A DNA stretch of 64,000 nucleotides from Mytilus californianus (Eukaryota): positions 115,072,001 through 115,136,000 of the forward strand of contig NW_026262690.1 in NCBI RefSeq assembly GCF_021869535.1, in the 5' to 3' direction. The translations under genes and the position numbers were made by a program. Positions 11,801 to 26,600 of the stretch are shown piece by piece (the stretch's first letter is position 1; every line of letters starts with the position of its first letter). The notes beneath the pieces were generated by a model. It saw only the letters and a list, made by a program, of their open reading frames with translations. It was not told where the DNA came from and did no database searches.

Positions 11801-12639
11801 CTTAACTACCAGCAATAGCATGATTCCCGCATATATATTTTTCTTTTAAATGTTTAGTGTTTTCACATATTTAAGAATTTTGTTTCAGTCTTATATTGAC
11901 TACATACAATGTGTTAACAGAAGAAGTGCTAAAAAGCAGTATTTCAGCAGATTGCAGTATTTTGGGCAACTGTACTAGTTGTTATGCTTTGCTATTTGAT
12001 TAAAAGTAAGCGTTATTATAGGAAATTGATAATGTCAAAAACGTTAGCACTAATTAAAGGGTTTTATCTGGTTTAAGGTGATAAGCAGTTGAATCACAAA
12101 CAAATATTTTAGTTTTCACTCATTTTTATCACTTGTACTAGAATTTCAGGGAAAATGTGCTGTCTATTAAAAAAAACACGCTTTAAATATTTAAAAGTGC
12201 ACTTGATTATAAATGACTATCAATTTTTCTGTCAAAAGTTTAAATTGTTTGCATACATGATTTTATTATAAAGAAGAAATAATATGCAATAAAGCTGACA
12301 TCTTGGAAAATATGCACTTTTTCGTCCTTGACCTATGATCCTGATTTGACAGAAATTGCATCGTATGAATTTTTTATGACCGATCAAAGCAGATAGTACA
12401 GATGTTGACTTTCGAATGACATATAATTTAGCTGGGTTAGATGGGTGAATTACTGATGTTTTTTTTTATTTCTTCAAATATTTAGAACAATTTGACAATA
12501 AATAAATAGTCCACGCTTACTATTCATTATTTAAGAAATGGATGCCTGTAACATATTTTAATTGCTCATTTTTAAAAGTTGACTTTTTGTGGACGTCACA
12601 TGGCGACATTTCCATAGATTTTATTTTTTGGATATATAT

Positions 12640-13182
12640 ATAACTCCTATAGAGAGTGAAAAGCTACTAAACTATATCGGCAGAATTTGACTTGTTAGTA
12701 GATCTTGCCTTGCTGAAATTTTTTTTTTTATTTAAAGTTTCTCTCTATCTTTTATAGTTTTGAAGATGAAAGGCAAAAATGAAAAAAAATGGTAAAATTT
12801 GTCATTTAAGGGCAATAACTCCTATAAGAAGTCACCTGATTTGATGTTTATGAACAAAAGGTAGAGCTCAACATTCTGAACATTTTTGCCGAGTCAGAAT
12901 TTCTCTCTTTATAATGGTTTTCAAAATACTAGACAAAACCTGCATTTTACCCCTATGTTCTATTTTTAGCCATGTCGGCCATCTTGGTTGGCAAGCAGGG
13001 TCATCGGACCCTTTTTTTAAACTAGATACCCCAATGATGATTGTGGCCAAGTTTGGTTAAGGTTTGGTTAAATTTGGCCTGATAGTTTCAGAGGAGAAGA
13101 TTTTTGTAAAAATTAACGACGATGACGACGGACGACAAGTGATGAGAAAAGCTCACTTGGCCCTTTGGGCCAGTTGAGCTAA
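12640..13182 (-). mobile_element. Partial HINE-like element (TTAGCTC...GGCCCAAAGGGCCAAGTGAGC family)
   Basis: Reverse-complement match to the start of the copy at 33099-34382. Confidence 0.7.
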
Positions 13183-14627
13183 AAAGTACATCTTATTATT
13201 CCTTAATCATTCTTCTTTGACACGTTATTTACAGAATAATTTTATGTAGTGTGGATCAAAAGCAATTATTGGTAAATCTATTGTTTCTTCCTATGAACAA
13301 TAGAAGATACATGTACTTCAACTTCAACTTCATTACTGATCAAAATCCATACTAGACATCTTATAACGAGGACCAATACTTGTTGAGGTCAATTATGTAA
13401 TACAAAAATTATTGTATTAAACAATTGATTGATACCTTATTATTATACAACTTAATACACAATTCTTGACCCCAATATGCCTCAGGAAAGAAATGGAACA
13501 ATAGTATTTGAAAAAATTGTGGGAATTCACTTTGATATCAATACACAGCTTGTACCAATTTTATTTATTCACTTACAAAAGCATCTTAGAAACTGATAAA
13601 ATACTTTCACAAGTAATAGCTTTTCTAAAATGCTAGCCGTCAAATAGCTTATGAAAGTGGAAAATGTTTTCGCTTTATAGTTTAATTCATTCAGAATAGC
13701 CTTGTGTATAAATTGTAGTGGATTACAAAACTTATAAAAGGCTTATACAATTTTTTAGATTTACCAATATCGTTTTGTATTAATACTGGAAACGGATGGG
13801 TAATGTCTTAAATTTGCCTTAGTACCTTTTTATCTATTTTTTTTTTCAAACAGATATGTTGTTTGTTCACTTTTCTTTAGTTGTTTGCTTATTTCTTTGT
13901 GTTAGAAAAGTATGGCCGCTTCCAACTGAATGTTTTTCATTCAGAACAGGCATCAAAAAGTGCAGGGACTGGATTGAATTTGAAATAATCAAGTGTAGGA
14001 GTTTCAGCTATTTATAGATAAGTGTTACCTGTGTACCGATATGCATGATTGGTAACCAGGCAAAATCTAAATTATTAAAATAAAGAGTTCAAATCCGACA
14101 CTCTACGGGATTAAAAGACATTTACTAGGTTTTGATTTGTCCCAACCAATCAACGAACTTAACTATTATAGAGTCAGTAATTATCTTCCAATCAGGAAGA
14201 AAGCATTTAGCCCGCAGACTGTGCATGGTTCAACTCTTAGGACAGTCTCCGAGGAGACAGTAATAATTCTTATCAACTGCTTAAATTAGATATCTTACCG
14301 TTTCACAATAATTCATAAATAGTAATATGTTATAAATTTTGATGAACAAAGGAACTATATGCAAGTCTATATTTAAAATTTAGTAGTTGTTTGGCCTCTT
14401 TTTATTTTAATTTAAGGGCAAATTACATGTCTAAACTTGGTAGCAGATAATTAAAATGGTTTTAAACTTTCTGAAAGTCATTTACATGACATAAAACACA
14501 TCATTGGTTCCATGATATGTTTTAATTCAGAATCCTGCACTATCTTAAAATCAGAGTGATAACATAGATCCAAAAATCAAAAAGAGCTACTTGCATTCAA
14601 TTTTCATCGGTCATGATAAAAACTTAC

Positions 14628-17600
14628 CCAATATCCAAGTAAGAATGGTTCAAACATCTGACTAAAGAATGTTGTATATTTATTTGTAGATTTTTTAACT
14701 TGTAATAAATCATCTTCTACAACCACTCCACAGTTATGTGTTAATGTCAACATTGCATTCTCAAAATCCTACAAAAAATCATAAAAATGTTTCATGTTTA
14801 GTACCTTTATTTGGATAGGACAATTGGGCTGTTGTCTCATAGCTACCAAAACAGTACCATATAGATACCAATAAAGTGATATCATAATGAATTGGCTAAC
14901 TATCAAAAGCAAAATAACCCAAACATCTCTATAATTACCATTCGATATTTATCTTTCAACAGAGTAAACAGTGAGCATCCATGATACATAGTATACTACC
15001 GTAGAAAGGCTTGTATAGTCCGCGGTTTTATTCTCCAAAATTGGACCTTCCAGACGGGGTGCGGACTATAGAGTACAATAAGCAAGAAATAAGAGAAAAA
15101 TTTCAATTTCGCGGGCGAGGTGGTTTGTTTACGTTCCGCCATCTTTGTTATTTATATTGTAGAGGGCGCTCTTATCATTTTTCAAACTAATAATTTTAAC
15201 TCATCCATATTAATAAGTTATTTCTATTTAATATCAAATTAATACTGATAAATATAAAAACTAAACCTTTCATTACAAATTTCTCGTTTCTTTTCAATGC
15301 ATTGAAAGGTTGAAATAAACTGGTATCTGCTTGATTGAAACGATACAAACATAGTGAAAAAGACAACCGTAAACCAGCTTAGAATTTGTAAACTACGAAA
15401 CGTAATTGGTTATTGTTCGTCCCGTTTTGGTGTTTCATACTGACTAATATGGTTTGTATTAGCTTAAGACCCTTCAAACATTAATGTGATAGATATATTA
15501 AAGACTGTTTTACAAAAGGATGGAACTGTTTTACTTTCAAAGTCGTAGTATAGTGATATCTGTTATGTACGGATTTTGACTCTCACTGGTTAATTTCTTC
15601 TTTTAAACGTGCTTTTTAAACTTCCTGTTTAAACATACACAAGTTTCTAAAATTTTTTTTAAGTGAATTAAACTTATTTTAACAATCATGAAGCGTTCTA
15701 GAATCATTTACAAGCAGTTTCAGCTTCTGTTTGATGATGGAAAACAGGTTTTTCCAAGAAAATACCGCAAACGACCTCACAGGATTTGAAATTACCGGAG
15801 TTTCATTAGACCTTTTCTAACAGTTACAAAAAAAATTTTTACCTAAAATTTCGTGGGGAGAAGGGGGTGCGGACTATGTACCAGTGCGAACTATACAAGC
15901 CTTTCTACAGTAAGTGTGAAGTTCTTTTCATATTTTATGTACACATTGTTTAATACTTAACATATGCTAAACACATAATGTGTAATACTGAAACTATGTT
16001 ATTCACATATTGTGTAAAACATATCATACATATACTTTATACACATATAGTGTAATCCTCAACATAGGTTAGACACATGTGCACACATTACTTAAACTTT
16101 AAAGCATGTAATGAACACTTTATGTAATCTTTAATATATATAACACACATAAATGTGTATCCTTTTAAAATATTTACAATTAAAGAACCTTTAGTAAGCT
16201 CACATATCTCACACCCCTGTATGAAGGGGAAGAGTTCATAGTGACCTGATGGCATTTTTTTCTGTTAATTTTAAGATAACATAAAAATCCTATATAAAAT
16301 ATTTGTGTTACAAAAATAAATGACTGACAGACTGACCAATCGATGGACTATATAAAAAACTATATACCATTTCACCTCTTAGTATTGTGGGTATAATAAA
16401 TGAACTGGGTAATTCTTAATTTCTACAACACACAGATATTGTGCATTTTCAATTAACTTACTTGTTTTGTACAGCCTGGCATAAAGATAAAATCTCTGTT
16501 AAGAAGATGTTCTAAAAACTCATATTTACTGTAAAGTTCATCTGAAATGTTAATAAAAAAGTGTTAGTAGTTTATATCAAATGTTCAGGAAAATCAAAGG
16601 AAGAAAAGTTTCTATTTGAAACTAATCTGTTCACACAGCTTTTTTCGAAAGAGGATTATCATCAAAAGAAAAAATATTTCAATACTAGTTTTAAACATAT
16701 ATAGCAGTATAATAAATGCATAAAGTTTCAAGCAAAATAAGAATTCTTCATTATTTAAACATTGGATAAATAAACCAAAATTTCAATTTTGGTCATTTGA
16801 CTTGACTTTGCTTTAAATTACAAATGAAACATAAAAGACAATGAAATTACCCGACTTTGTATCTAAATAAATATTTTAAATCCCTTTTCATAGTCTGGTG
16901 GAAATCAAGCTTATGCTAATAAAATTCATTTTTTCAAGTTATTTCTATTTTTAGAAAGATACCATACTTACTCATAGACATTGTTTCTTCTGTACATGAA
17001 TTAATAGATAACGTAACCATGGAAACTCTTACAAATATATGCATTAATTGATTTTTATAAAGTGTTATTATTAAATGTTGAGCAGCAGCTTGCATCAGTT
17101 CATCTTGGCTGCCTCTGGTCGGATGCTGAATCTCCAGAAGATGGACTACGTCTTCATTATCTACTTCAGCAATGTTTTTATGTAAAGCTAAGGTACTTCT
17201 TATGACTGCATCAGCCGACTCATTACCTGGAATTACAGTAACATGTCCGATTTTACCGAAAATAACAAGATGACAAGATGATTTTTGTAACATTTTGACA
17301 TCACAAAGCAAAATTTCTGAGTAACAACTGATGAGGTTGTTGAATTAATTCCTTTTCGTCAATCTTCACATAGTCCAAGATTAGTCTTATGAGTATGATA
17401 TTATTCACACTCAACAACAGATAAATCTATAAAATGATAGCATAGCTGTAAATCATTCAAGTTAATTTTTCTGACCTAGTGTATACTTTTATGACAGTGT
17501 TGAGTGCCAATTGTACAATAATTTAAAACTACAGGATCCAAAGAGTCTAAATGGTTTCAAGGGAGATAACCTTTGAAATGGTAACATACAACAGACAAAT

Positions 17601-20600
17601 AGAGAACAGATGCAAAAGCATAAAATATGGAAGTCCATCTGTGTATAAATTTACATGTTGGGTTGTGTGCAATACATTTTAAGCATGTATGGTGAAGCAA
17701 ACTTTTTGATAGGATATTCAGAACTTAATTTTGATTTACAGCAAAAAATAAAGGCTGAACATTGAAATTTCCAACTATTTGATTTCATAAATGGACCATA
17801 AAAGAGCTCTTTTCAGAGAAAATGGTTAAAATAGTGAATTATGAAATTTTCAAAAAGAGGGTTGTATTATAGCACATCTTTAATTTTATGCATGGTTGCT
17901 GAATCATCTTTATTTGTTTTGCAAAATATTTGAAAACAGTTTAAGAACTATGAAATAATAAATGTTAAGATTATCTAGAAAATCTTTTTCTCACTTTAGA
18001 AAAGAATATAAATCTCATCCTATTTATTTATCTACTTTTCATTATTTCTTTTGCTTCAAAATGTTATCTGTGATCATTTAAGGGTTAAGCTCCAATACTG
18101 TAAACCAACTAATTTTCGTGAGTAGAAAAATAACACGAATATAAATCGTCATGAAAGTTGATTTGGATCTTTCCTTATCTAACTGCATCAATTGAATTTG
18201 AAAATCATGAAATTAAATCACTGAAAATTAGGCTAGAAAGGGCTAAATGTGAAGTAATGTCCCGAAAATAAGTTGGTTTACAGTGATTTGGAATAAACAA
18301 CTCACCAGTATTCTGTCCTGAAGTAGATTTTTTGTTATGTTACACTAACCTTCAGACTAATTTAAAAGTTTTTAAAGAAAACGTAAATGCTTTGTAAGCT
18401 CATGGAGTTAACAAAGAGATTTATTCAATGTGTTATTATCATTACTGTATTCTCGAATCTTTTACATTGACAAGTTTTTCATCAAAGATAAGTTCCATTC
18501 AACAAATACTGATCAGGTTGAAGGAGATTTCATTGATTTCTGTCAAATGTGAAACAACCAATAACTAAATCAGCATGAAATATTTCAAGATTAAACAGCA
18601 ATAGAACCACACATAATGTCATCATTCAATGCATTGTAAACAATTCTAATATAGAATTATTAAAGGCCCAACTGTGACCTGTAACTGATCACTACTTTGT
18701 CGTTTATGGATAATTGTCTAATTCGCAATCATAACATATCACCTTATTTTAATATAAATTACAGAAAAAGTATGTTGTTTTAGTAATTGTAACTGTAACT
18801 CGCTAGTTTGCTACTTTTATTGCTCACAAACACTCAGAAAAAGACAACTAACATAACCCTTTACAAAACTTTCAATTGTTCAAATTACTGAGGATTTTCT
18901 ACCCAGGAATAGATAACCTTAGGTGTATTTGGTAAAACCTTTCAGAATTTTGGGTCCTCAATGCTCTTCAACATCATCTTTAATAATAGCATCACTGATG
19001 AGTCTTTTGAAGACCAAATACAAATCTGGCATACAAAATTATAAGCCTGATATCTTACATGAGTTTATTTGCATGGATGAATGAGACGTTAAATACTCAC
19101 CTGGCCAGTCAATATAAGCTCCCAGGTTAGTGGCCTGCCTTTTTATCCATTCCACTTCCTTGACAAGCTGTTTGATTTTAATACCATCTTTATTCTGTAC
19201 AAGGACAGCAGCCATTAATGACCAAGGGGAGATAACCATATGTTCTTGATGGAGTAACAGTACTTTATACCCTAAATTTTGTATAAGTTTATTTTCATCA
19301 TCTGAAAGGCTAGCAATATACCTGGAAAAATAAAAGAAAAAAACATTTAGTGGAAATTTAAGATGAATACACCTTATCATTATTTGTTCCCTTAAAAATT
19401 TTGACATCATAAAAGAAAATGTTGGACACTTCAAAGCAAATATAATTGTTATATGACCTTAATAGTTGAAGTGTCACAAAACCGCAGGTCAAGTGCTCTG
19501 ATTCCTCTTTTGCTATTAGATCTATTATAACTGATATGAAATTTAATCATTTGAAATACAAACTAGGTACCTGCAACCAAAGTGTATAAAACTGGGGTTG
19601 AAAATCAATAGAACTGAGGATACTTTATTAATTAACTGTGTGATATAGAGGTAATATAATAAAATGAAAAATATTCATTTTTATTTTTATTTTCCTCACC
19701 TATTTAATTTAGGTTTAATGAAAATAAATATGTTTATTACAACCTTTCTGTTTATAGTTGTGACGCAAAGATATTGATCAAACGTTGATTGACACCAACT
19801 GACATAATATAATTCATAGTTTTGTCTGGAAATAGCCATTTTTTCCAGTCAAGTCCTTAAATTTGGGAAAAAAATAAAAATTCTTTCTTCCAAAATCCAT
19901 TCTTAATTACTGTGTCAAACTGATGGTACCATACCATACCGTATTCAATTGAATCCACTTTGTCTGTAGGTCAAAATGAAGCAGTTGGAAACAGTTGGAA
20001 TATGAGTGTTCAATCATGATCAAGCTATTGGTTGTTTTATCCTTACACTTCTAAGATTGAATTTTAGAATTCATGAATTCAAAAGTATACAGAAAATGTA
20101 ATGCACATCTCACTTTAAACTTTTTTGTTCTATTAAATTTTTATTACACAATAAACACTTCTATGAACAAGTTACCTGGGTGCTAAACTATGAACACTCC
20201 TATCCACTTTTCCATCTGTATATTTTCTAATTGACAGCGGCTCACCAAAATGAACATGTACATTTCCAAAATCTTCAGAAAGTAAATTTCTAGCTTTGAA
20301 TAAACCCTACAAATAATGAAAAGAGATATTAATGAAAGTTAATTTTGTAAGATAGTGAGTGTTTTGGTTGATTACCAGTTTTTTTTTGTTTGAAGGAAAA
20401 GACACATTTGATAGACACTTTCAATTGAACTGACTCATTTCTATTTAATCTGTTTACAAATTGTTGAAACTTAATGCAATTAAAAGCTTCACATACTGAG
20501 GATTCATTATTGTTGTGGGATACTAATATTCATTGATTATGTAGGAAAATGTAATATAACAACAAATTTGAATCTTCAACATTCTATTTATACTTGTATG

Positions 20601-23600
20601 TTGAAAACCTCAAATCAAATACAATAGCTTTGAAAAGTAGATTCAGCTTTCATTATTACAATTTCTAAATTATCTGAGGTAATCCGAGTGGGCATGGATA
20701 TACTGACCACAGTGAGCAGCAAATACACTTAAACTTTAGACTAACTTATTGAACTTGTTATTTTGTATATATCTTGTGACTTGATTTTTACAGTTATTTT
20801 GTAATTATCTTGTAACTGGATTTGTACAGTTATAATGTATATATCTTTTACTTTGCTTGTACAGCTATTTTGTATATATCTTTTACTTTGCTTGTGCAGC
20901 TATTTTGTATATATCTTTTAAAATACTTGTAGTTATTTTGTATATATCTTGTTAGTCGACTTGCAGTTATTTTGTACAACTTGTCACTTGATTTGTAGTT
21001 ATTTTGTATATATCTTGTGAATTGGCTTGCACAGTAGGTTTGTATATATCTTGTACTTACAGACGTAGACTCTTTAGGCTTGGGAACACCTAATATTTCG
21101 TAAGCATATAAAGTTTCCTCTAAAATCTTGTCATAACTAATACTTATAGGTATAACCATGATGTCTGGAATGTGGGCTTTAAAATAGGGTTCTAATGACG
21201 CAGATAACATTCCTGAAATAAAAGTTTACAAAATTGGTTAATTCTCTAATGATGACATAGTTGAAATACTATTTTTGTATTCTTAAATACTTCTTTTCAT
21301 TTTCTAATAATGACATAGTTGAAACACTATTTCTGTATTCTCTTAACCTCAGATTTGCTTTTGCACTAACTTTCTCTTCATAAATTATTTTAAAAAATCG
21401 ACCAAAGATCTACAAAATTTCCGAAATTAAATTTTCCCACTGTACAATTTTTTGTAAATAGTACTGCTTATTTAATACATAATTGAAAAGAATAAACCAA
21501 TATTTTTTTTAAACCACATTCAAGTTAACATGATAACTCGATAGCTACGGAAAGTATAAAGAACCATTGTGCAGCCCACAAGGTTGTCTGTGGAAATTTG
21601 TCGAGGCAATTGATAGACATAAATCATCTACGTCAACTAACACAACAGCTTTAAAATTGCTTAATTCATTTGCATTTGTAGTAAGATAAACTTATAAGGA
21701 TGCAATAGATTTGTTTTTCAGTACAACATACCATTGACAAATTATTCAAAAAACATCAGGTCAGGACTATTAAGAGTTCATTCTTCCAATGAGGATTGTT
21801 TGAAGAGAGTGGGATTCCTCAAAAACTAGACAGTTAATTTATATATATGATTGATCGTCTAGAATATAACTTAAAGTTCAGTATAATTCTTATCTAAAAG
21901 ATTCAATGGTTCACTCTTTGCACTTCAATTTCCTTCCTCAGTCAACTAACAACCATAAATTTACGAAAATTATTTTCTCATCTGATGGGTTGCTGCCGAC
22001 TTGAAGTTTACTGAGAGGTGGAAGATACAAAAGAAATATTTAAACTTGAAAACAAACTGACATTGCTATGGCAAAAAGTGACATAGAGTTCTTCTTTAAA
22101 ACCTACCAAATTTTGGAGCATATGACTTTGACGTTCTGCTTCTGGTTCCCTCAACATAAAACTCTATAGGATGATCTCCATTAACCAACTGAGACTGGAC
22201 ATATTCTGTAAATACTGCCCAGTATAACATGTCATCTCCAAAACTTCTCCGAATATAAAATGCACCGCTGTTTCTCAACAGCCATCCAAAAAATTTCATA
22301 CCCATAAAATCTGAAAATAAATATTCTATTTTGTATAAACTGGTAAATATTTCAATTTTAATGAAAATTCGAGAACAACTTTTGGTTGGATATTGAAAAA
22401 GAAAAATTAAAACGACCATTAAATTAAATATCCTTTTTTGTTAAATCTAATCTTAGTTTATAAAACAAATATATTTATAATTTTTACATGATTACTTACA
22501 AGTATTTTTACTCATGTAAATAAAAAAGTGTGGTATATTTTATCAATTAGAATAAAGCCGTTTTATGTATTTTTCCCATTAAAATTGTGTTATATTTTTT
22601 CTGTGTGACAAAATTAGTTAAACATTTTCCTATGTAAATATACAAACCCATAGCAGCAGCAATTACAGGCAGTGGAAGATCATAGGAATAGAACACATAT
22701 GACATCAAAAGAAAGTCAAAATAACTTCTATGACTAGGCATCAATAATACTGGGTATTCTACTAACATCTCTCTGACCTGATAATAAAGAAAAGTAGGTC
22801 CAAGTCAAAATTACTTCTATGGCCTAGGCATCAGTAACAGAGGGTATTCTTTCAGAATCTCCCCCCTCCCCCTGTAAAATAGGAAAAAAACATTTTTATT
22901 TGACCTACATTCAAGAAGACTAATTTGATAGTAATGTCACTTCCTTTTTTCTATTTTCTAATTGTCTAGGACTTACAAAATTGGTATATTTTACCTTCAT
23001 ATAATATACCAAGTAATACATTTTTCTCCTTAGAATGTGTTAAAGAAACAATTGTTTTACCTTTTGTATTCCTTCTGTATTGACATAAACTCTTTTAAAC
23101 AGTGATTTTAAAACTTTGACAAGAAACATTGCAAATCCTCGAATGGCTCCCATGCTCAGATTGTGGGACATTTCCTGCATTACTTCTTCTGCTTGCTTCC
23201 ATACCTCTTCAATGGGTAATCCACTTTCTGAACAAACCTGGAATAAAAAAAGATTGACCCACTATAACATTAAATTGTAGAAGTTAAGACATCATAGCCA
23301 AATATAACAAGAATGTGTCCATAGTACACGGATGCCCCACTTGCACTGTAGTTTTCTATGTTCAGTGGACGGTGTAATTGGGGTTAAACTCTATTTCGAC
23401 AGTAGAATTACTAGAAAGATAATATCATAAGAAACATGTGTACTAAATTTCAAGTTGATTGGACTTCAACTTCATCAAAAACTACCTTGTCCAAAAACTT
23501 TAACTTGAACAAACGAACGCACAGACTGAAAAACATAATGCCCCATAGCATGTAAGTGGGGCATAAAAAGACGGAACAAACAAATATCAATCCTGGATTA

Positions 23601-26600
23601 TTATCCATAAACTATATATCTGGTTTTTATATTGATTTGGCCTAAGAAAGTCCGTTTCATCTTCACATGTTCATTCATATTTGAATTGTACGGCCTTTTG
23701 CCTTGCAATTGCATTTTAATAAACAGTGAAATGCTTGAAAAGGGTAAATTTTGCACTTTAAATGGCTACCCAGCATGTGGCAGTTCTGTTTGACTCCAAT
23801 CTTAATTGACTAGAATTACCAGCTGAATGTTGATGGAACTCTCTAAGCACACTGACTTCCACCACTTATAAAAACAGATTGCCACGATATAACCAAAACT
23901 ACTGAATTTTGCGTAACAGTAACACAAACACTTCAATCAATTACACTAAAACAGAAACATACCTTTTCAACGGCATATTTGACACGATCACTGTGCATAA
24001 CATGTTTTCTGATCTCATCGGGAGTTCTTGGTTTGTTGTATTTGTACTTTGGTTCTTCTCTCGTCCTGAATGACCAAACAACATCACTTGAATGTCTTCT
24101 GTCCTCCAAAATATCTTCGTAAATGTCTTTCTGTCGAGCAGACACTAGCCTTGGATTATCTGTAATTACAAGGAGAAAATATTAACACTCAAAGAAAAAA
24201 ATTGGTCCATCTCAATATACATGATATTATACATGTAGTATATGTCAAGTGATGGACTATACTCGAATTGAGGTATAATCTATCGATTAATGGTTATTCC
24301 TGACCTGTTTACATTGCCATGTTTAATCTGTCATGTTCTTACAATATTTTGTACATAAGTTTCTAGGAGTCTTTAAAGATACTGCATACTAACAACCCTA
24401 GCTTGGATCCCAGGCCATGATAATATATCCAGGAACAAAATAGCAGACCAGTTTGTGAAAGAGGCTGCAAAGAAGGCCTCATTACTTAATGACCAATTTA
24501 ATATAATAACAATGTCAGATGTAAGAAGTGCAATCAAGATGTCTACAACACTGAAATGGCTAAGAAGATCATCATCTTGATGGCCAATCTGTTGGGAGGG
24601 TTATTCAACTTGACGCACCTGAAATGTAACCTCAAATACATGTAGGAAGAATATTGTCAGAACTAGACATCATTGAGATGGGTACCGTGCCATTTCTGTA
24701 GGCCCACTGTGAATAATGTGTGGTAAAGATATTGTATCTTTACAATAGGACATAGGGTTGTCAACTGAAACCAAAGTTTTTGACCTTGACCTTTGACCTA
24801 GGAATTTGTACATACATTATGACATACCCTCTTGTGTTGGTTAATATACATGTCAAGTATAAACTTTGAAATCCTAATGGTTCTCAAGATATAGAGCACA
24901 CATGATCTTTGCCATAGGATGTATAGGTTTGTCAACTGAAACTAAATTTTTTGACCTTGACCTTTGACCTAGGAAGTTGTACATAAAAATAGAACGCTCC
25001 ATTGTTCTCGTGATATTAGCTACTACTCATGATGATTGACAGGAATGAATGAATGCTGATGCTCCAGGAAGGACAGTTGTAATTAAGCCATTTAAATAAA
25101 GTTACATTTCTTTATTCGGTCGATGTCAACAATGTTTTCTTGTTAAAAGATAAATATAGATCTTTAATATAACAAAGTGTGTGGTTTTTTTTAAAAGTTC
25201 TCCTTCGAAATGACACAAGATAAAATAATTGCTAAATATTAAAATAACATTCAAACCATCATTTCCAACTTTTTTGTTACATTCGAAATATTCATGTACC
25301 AAGTTTTTCCTGACTGATATACGTGTGTTATTTTGCCTTTCTCATTTTGTGTATCGGTAGTGTAGTTTGTTAAAATATGTGTATGCAGTACAAACAAATT
25401 TTGGTGATTCCTTCTTTATTTTTCAACATCCTGTGTTTATTTCCCAACAATAAAATATTCATGTACCAAGTATTTACAATTCTTCAATATAAGTATTTGC
25501 GGTTCTCGTTTGGAGTTTATTTGTGTATTTTGTAAAGTTATTTAAAAGACTTGTGTTTAGTTTTTCTGTCGGTGATTCTTTATACCGGATTCATATTTTG
25601 AAATAATTGCTACTGGACATTTGCTTGTTTGAAGTTTCACTTTATTTTTTGCACTTCGCTAAACATTACAAAGATCAAAATGTAAGATGACTTTACACAT
25701 TTAATTCATTTATAAAACAACATTTATAAACATGAATAATTGAGATACATAATATTTAAAACATTTTATAAAGTCACATTATATTCATCAATGTTTTTTT
25801 AAAACTTTCTGTGCTGGCTGGACTGGTCTACAAAGGTACTGGTTTATTTTTTCCACAACCATAGCATGGTAGGCAGACTCTGTATTAACTGACGGAAATA
25901 GGGGGCCACGACGTATCTTTTGATGATCCCTTTCCTACTGTCGTCCAGTGGTCTCTAGCTTTACCACCGCCCCTGTAAGAATAGTATACACAAAACTGGT
26001 CTGCTGTGAAGAGCTCTGGGTAGAAATGTTTGAGTAATAATACACCAAAGGCACCTGGGTTATTGCCACTGCATGACAGTCTGCTCAGATCGTCCTCGGA
26101 AAGACACACAGACTCTGGTAGGTCATTGAACAGATGCACTGGAAGAATTCTGCGATGTAATGTTGGTGTCAGTGGCTGTGGTAGTGGTGAGTCTGGGAGT
26201 TGTGTAGTTGTTGGGGACAGTGGTTAATCAGGCAATACTGGATGAAATCTAGGTGTAGTAGGAGTTGATGGCATTGGTGGCAGAACCAGAGTTAGCGGTA
26301 GTGGCGTAACATGTTGTGACTTGGAGACCAGTTCTTTTATCATGTTGCCTTGGGCAGTGATCATTCGTTCCATTTCAGCTAGTCTTGTGTTGGAGATCGT
26401 AACCTGCTTTTCCATGGCTTATAATGAATGCTGAATGGAAAATGCAGTAGGCTCCTTGTCTGTTGGCGTTGTCTGGGTTGTTGCTGATGTTGATGTTGGC
26501 GGTGTTGGTGGCCGACATATTGGCGATGGTGGAGTTGGAGCAGAGAAAGATGTAGAGAGACTGATGGCGATCTGTATGTGTAAGGGTCGTCGATACCGTC

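Noticed and set aside
13700-14070. Short minus-strand exon-like frames (ILPGYQSCISVHR and others) tested as GNPAT terminal exons
   Set aside because: They do not match the expected sequence, contain early stops and give no PTS1.
26224-26421. Selenocysteine recoding of the in-frame stops in the BEN-like gene
   Set aside because: The stops are TAA, not TGA.
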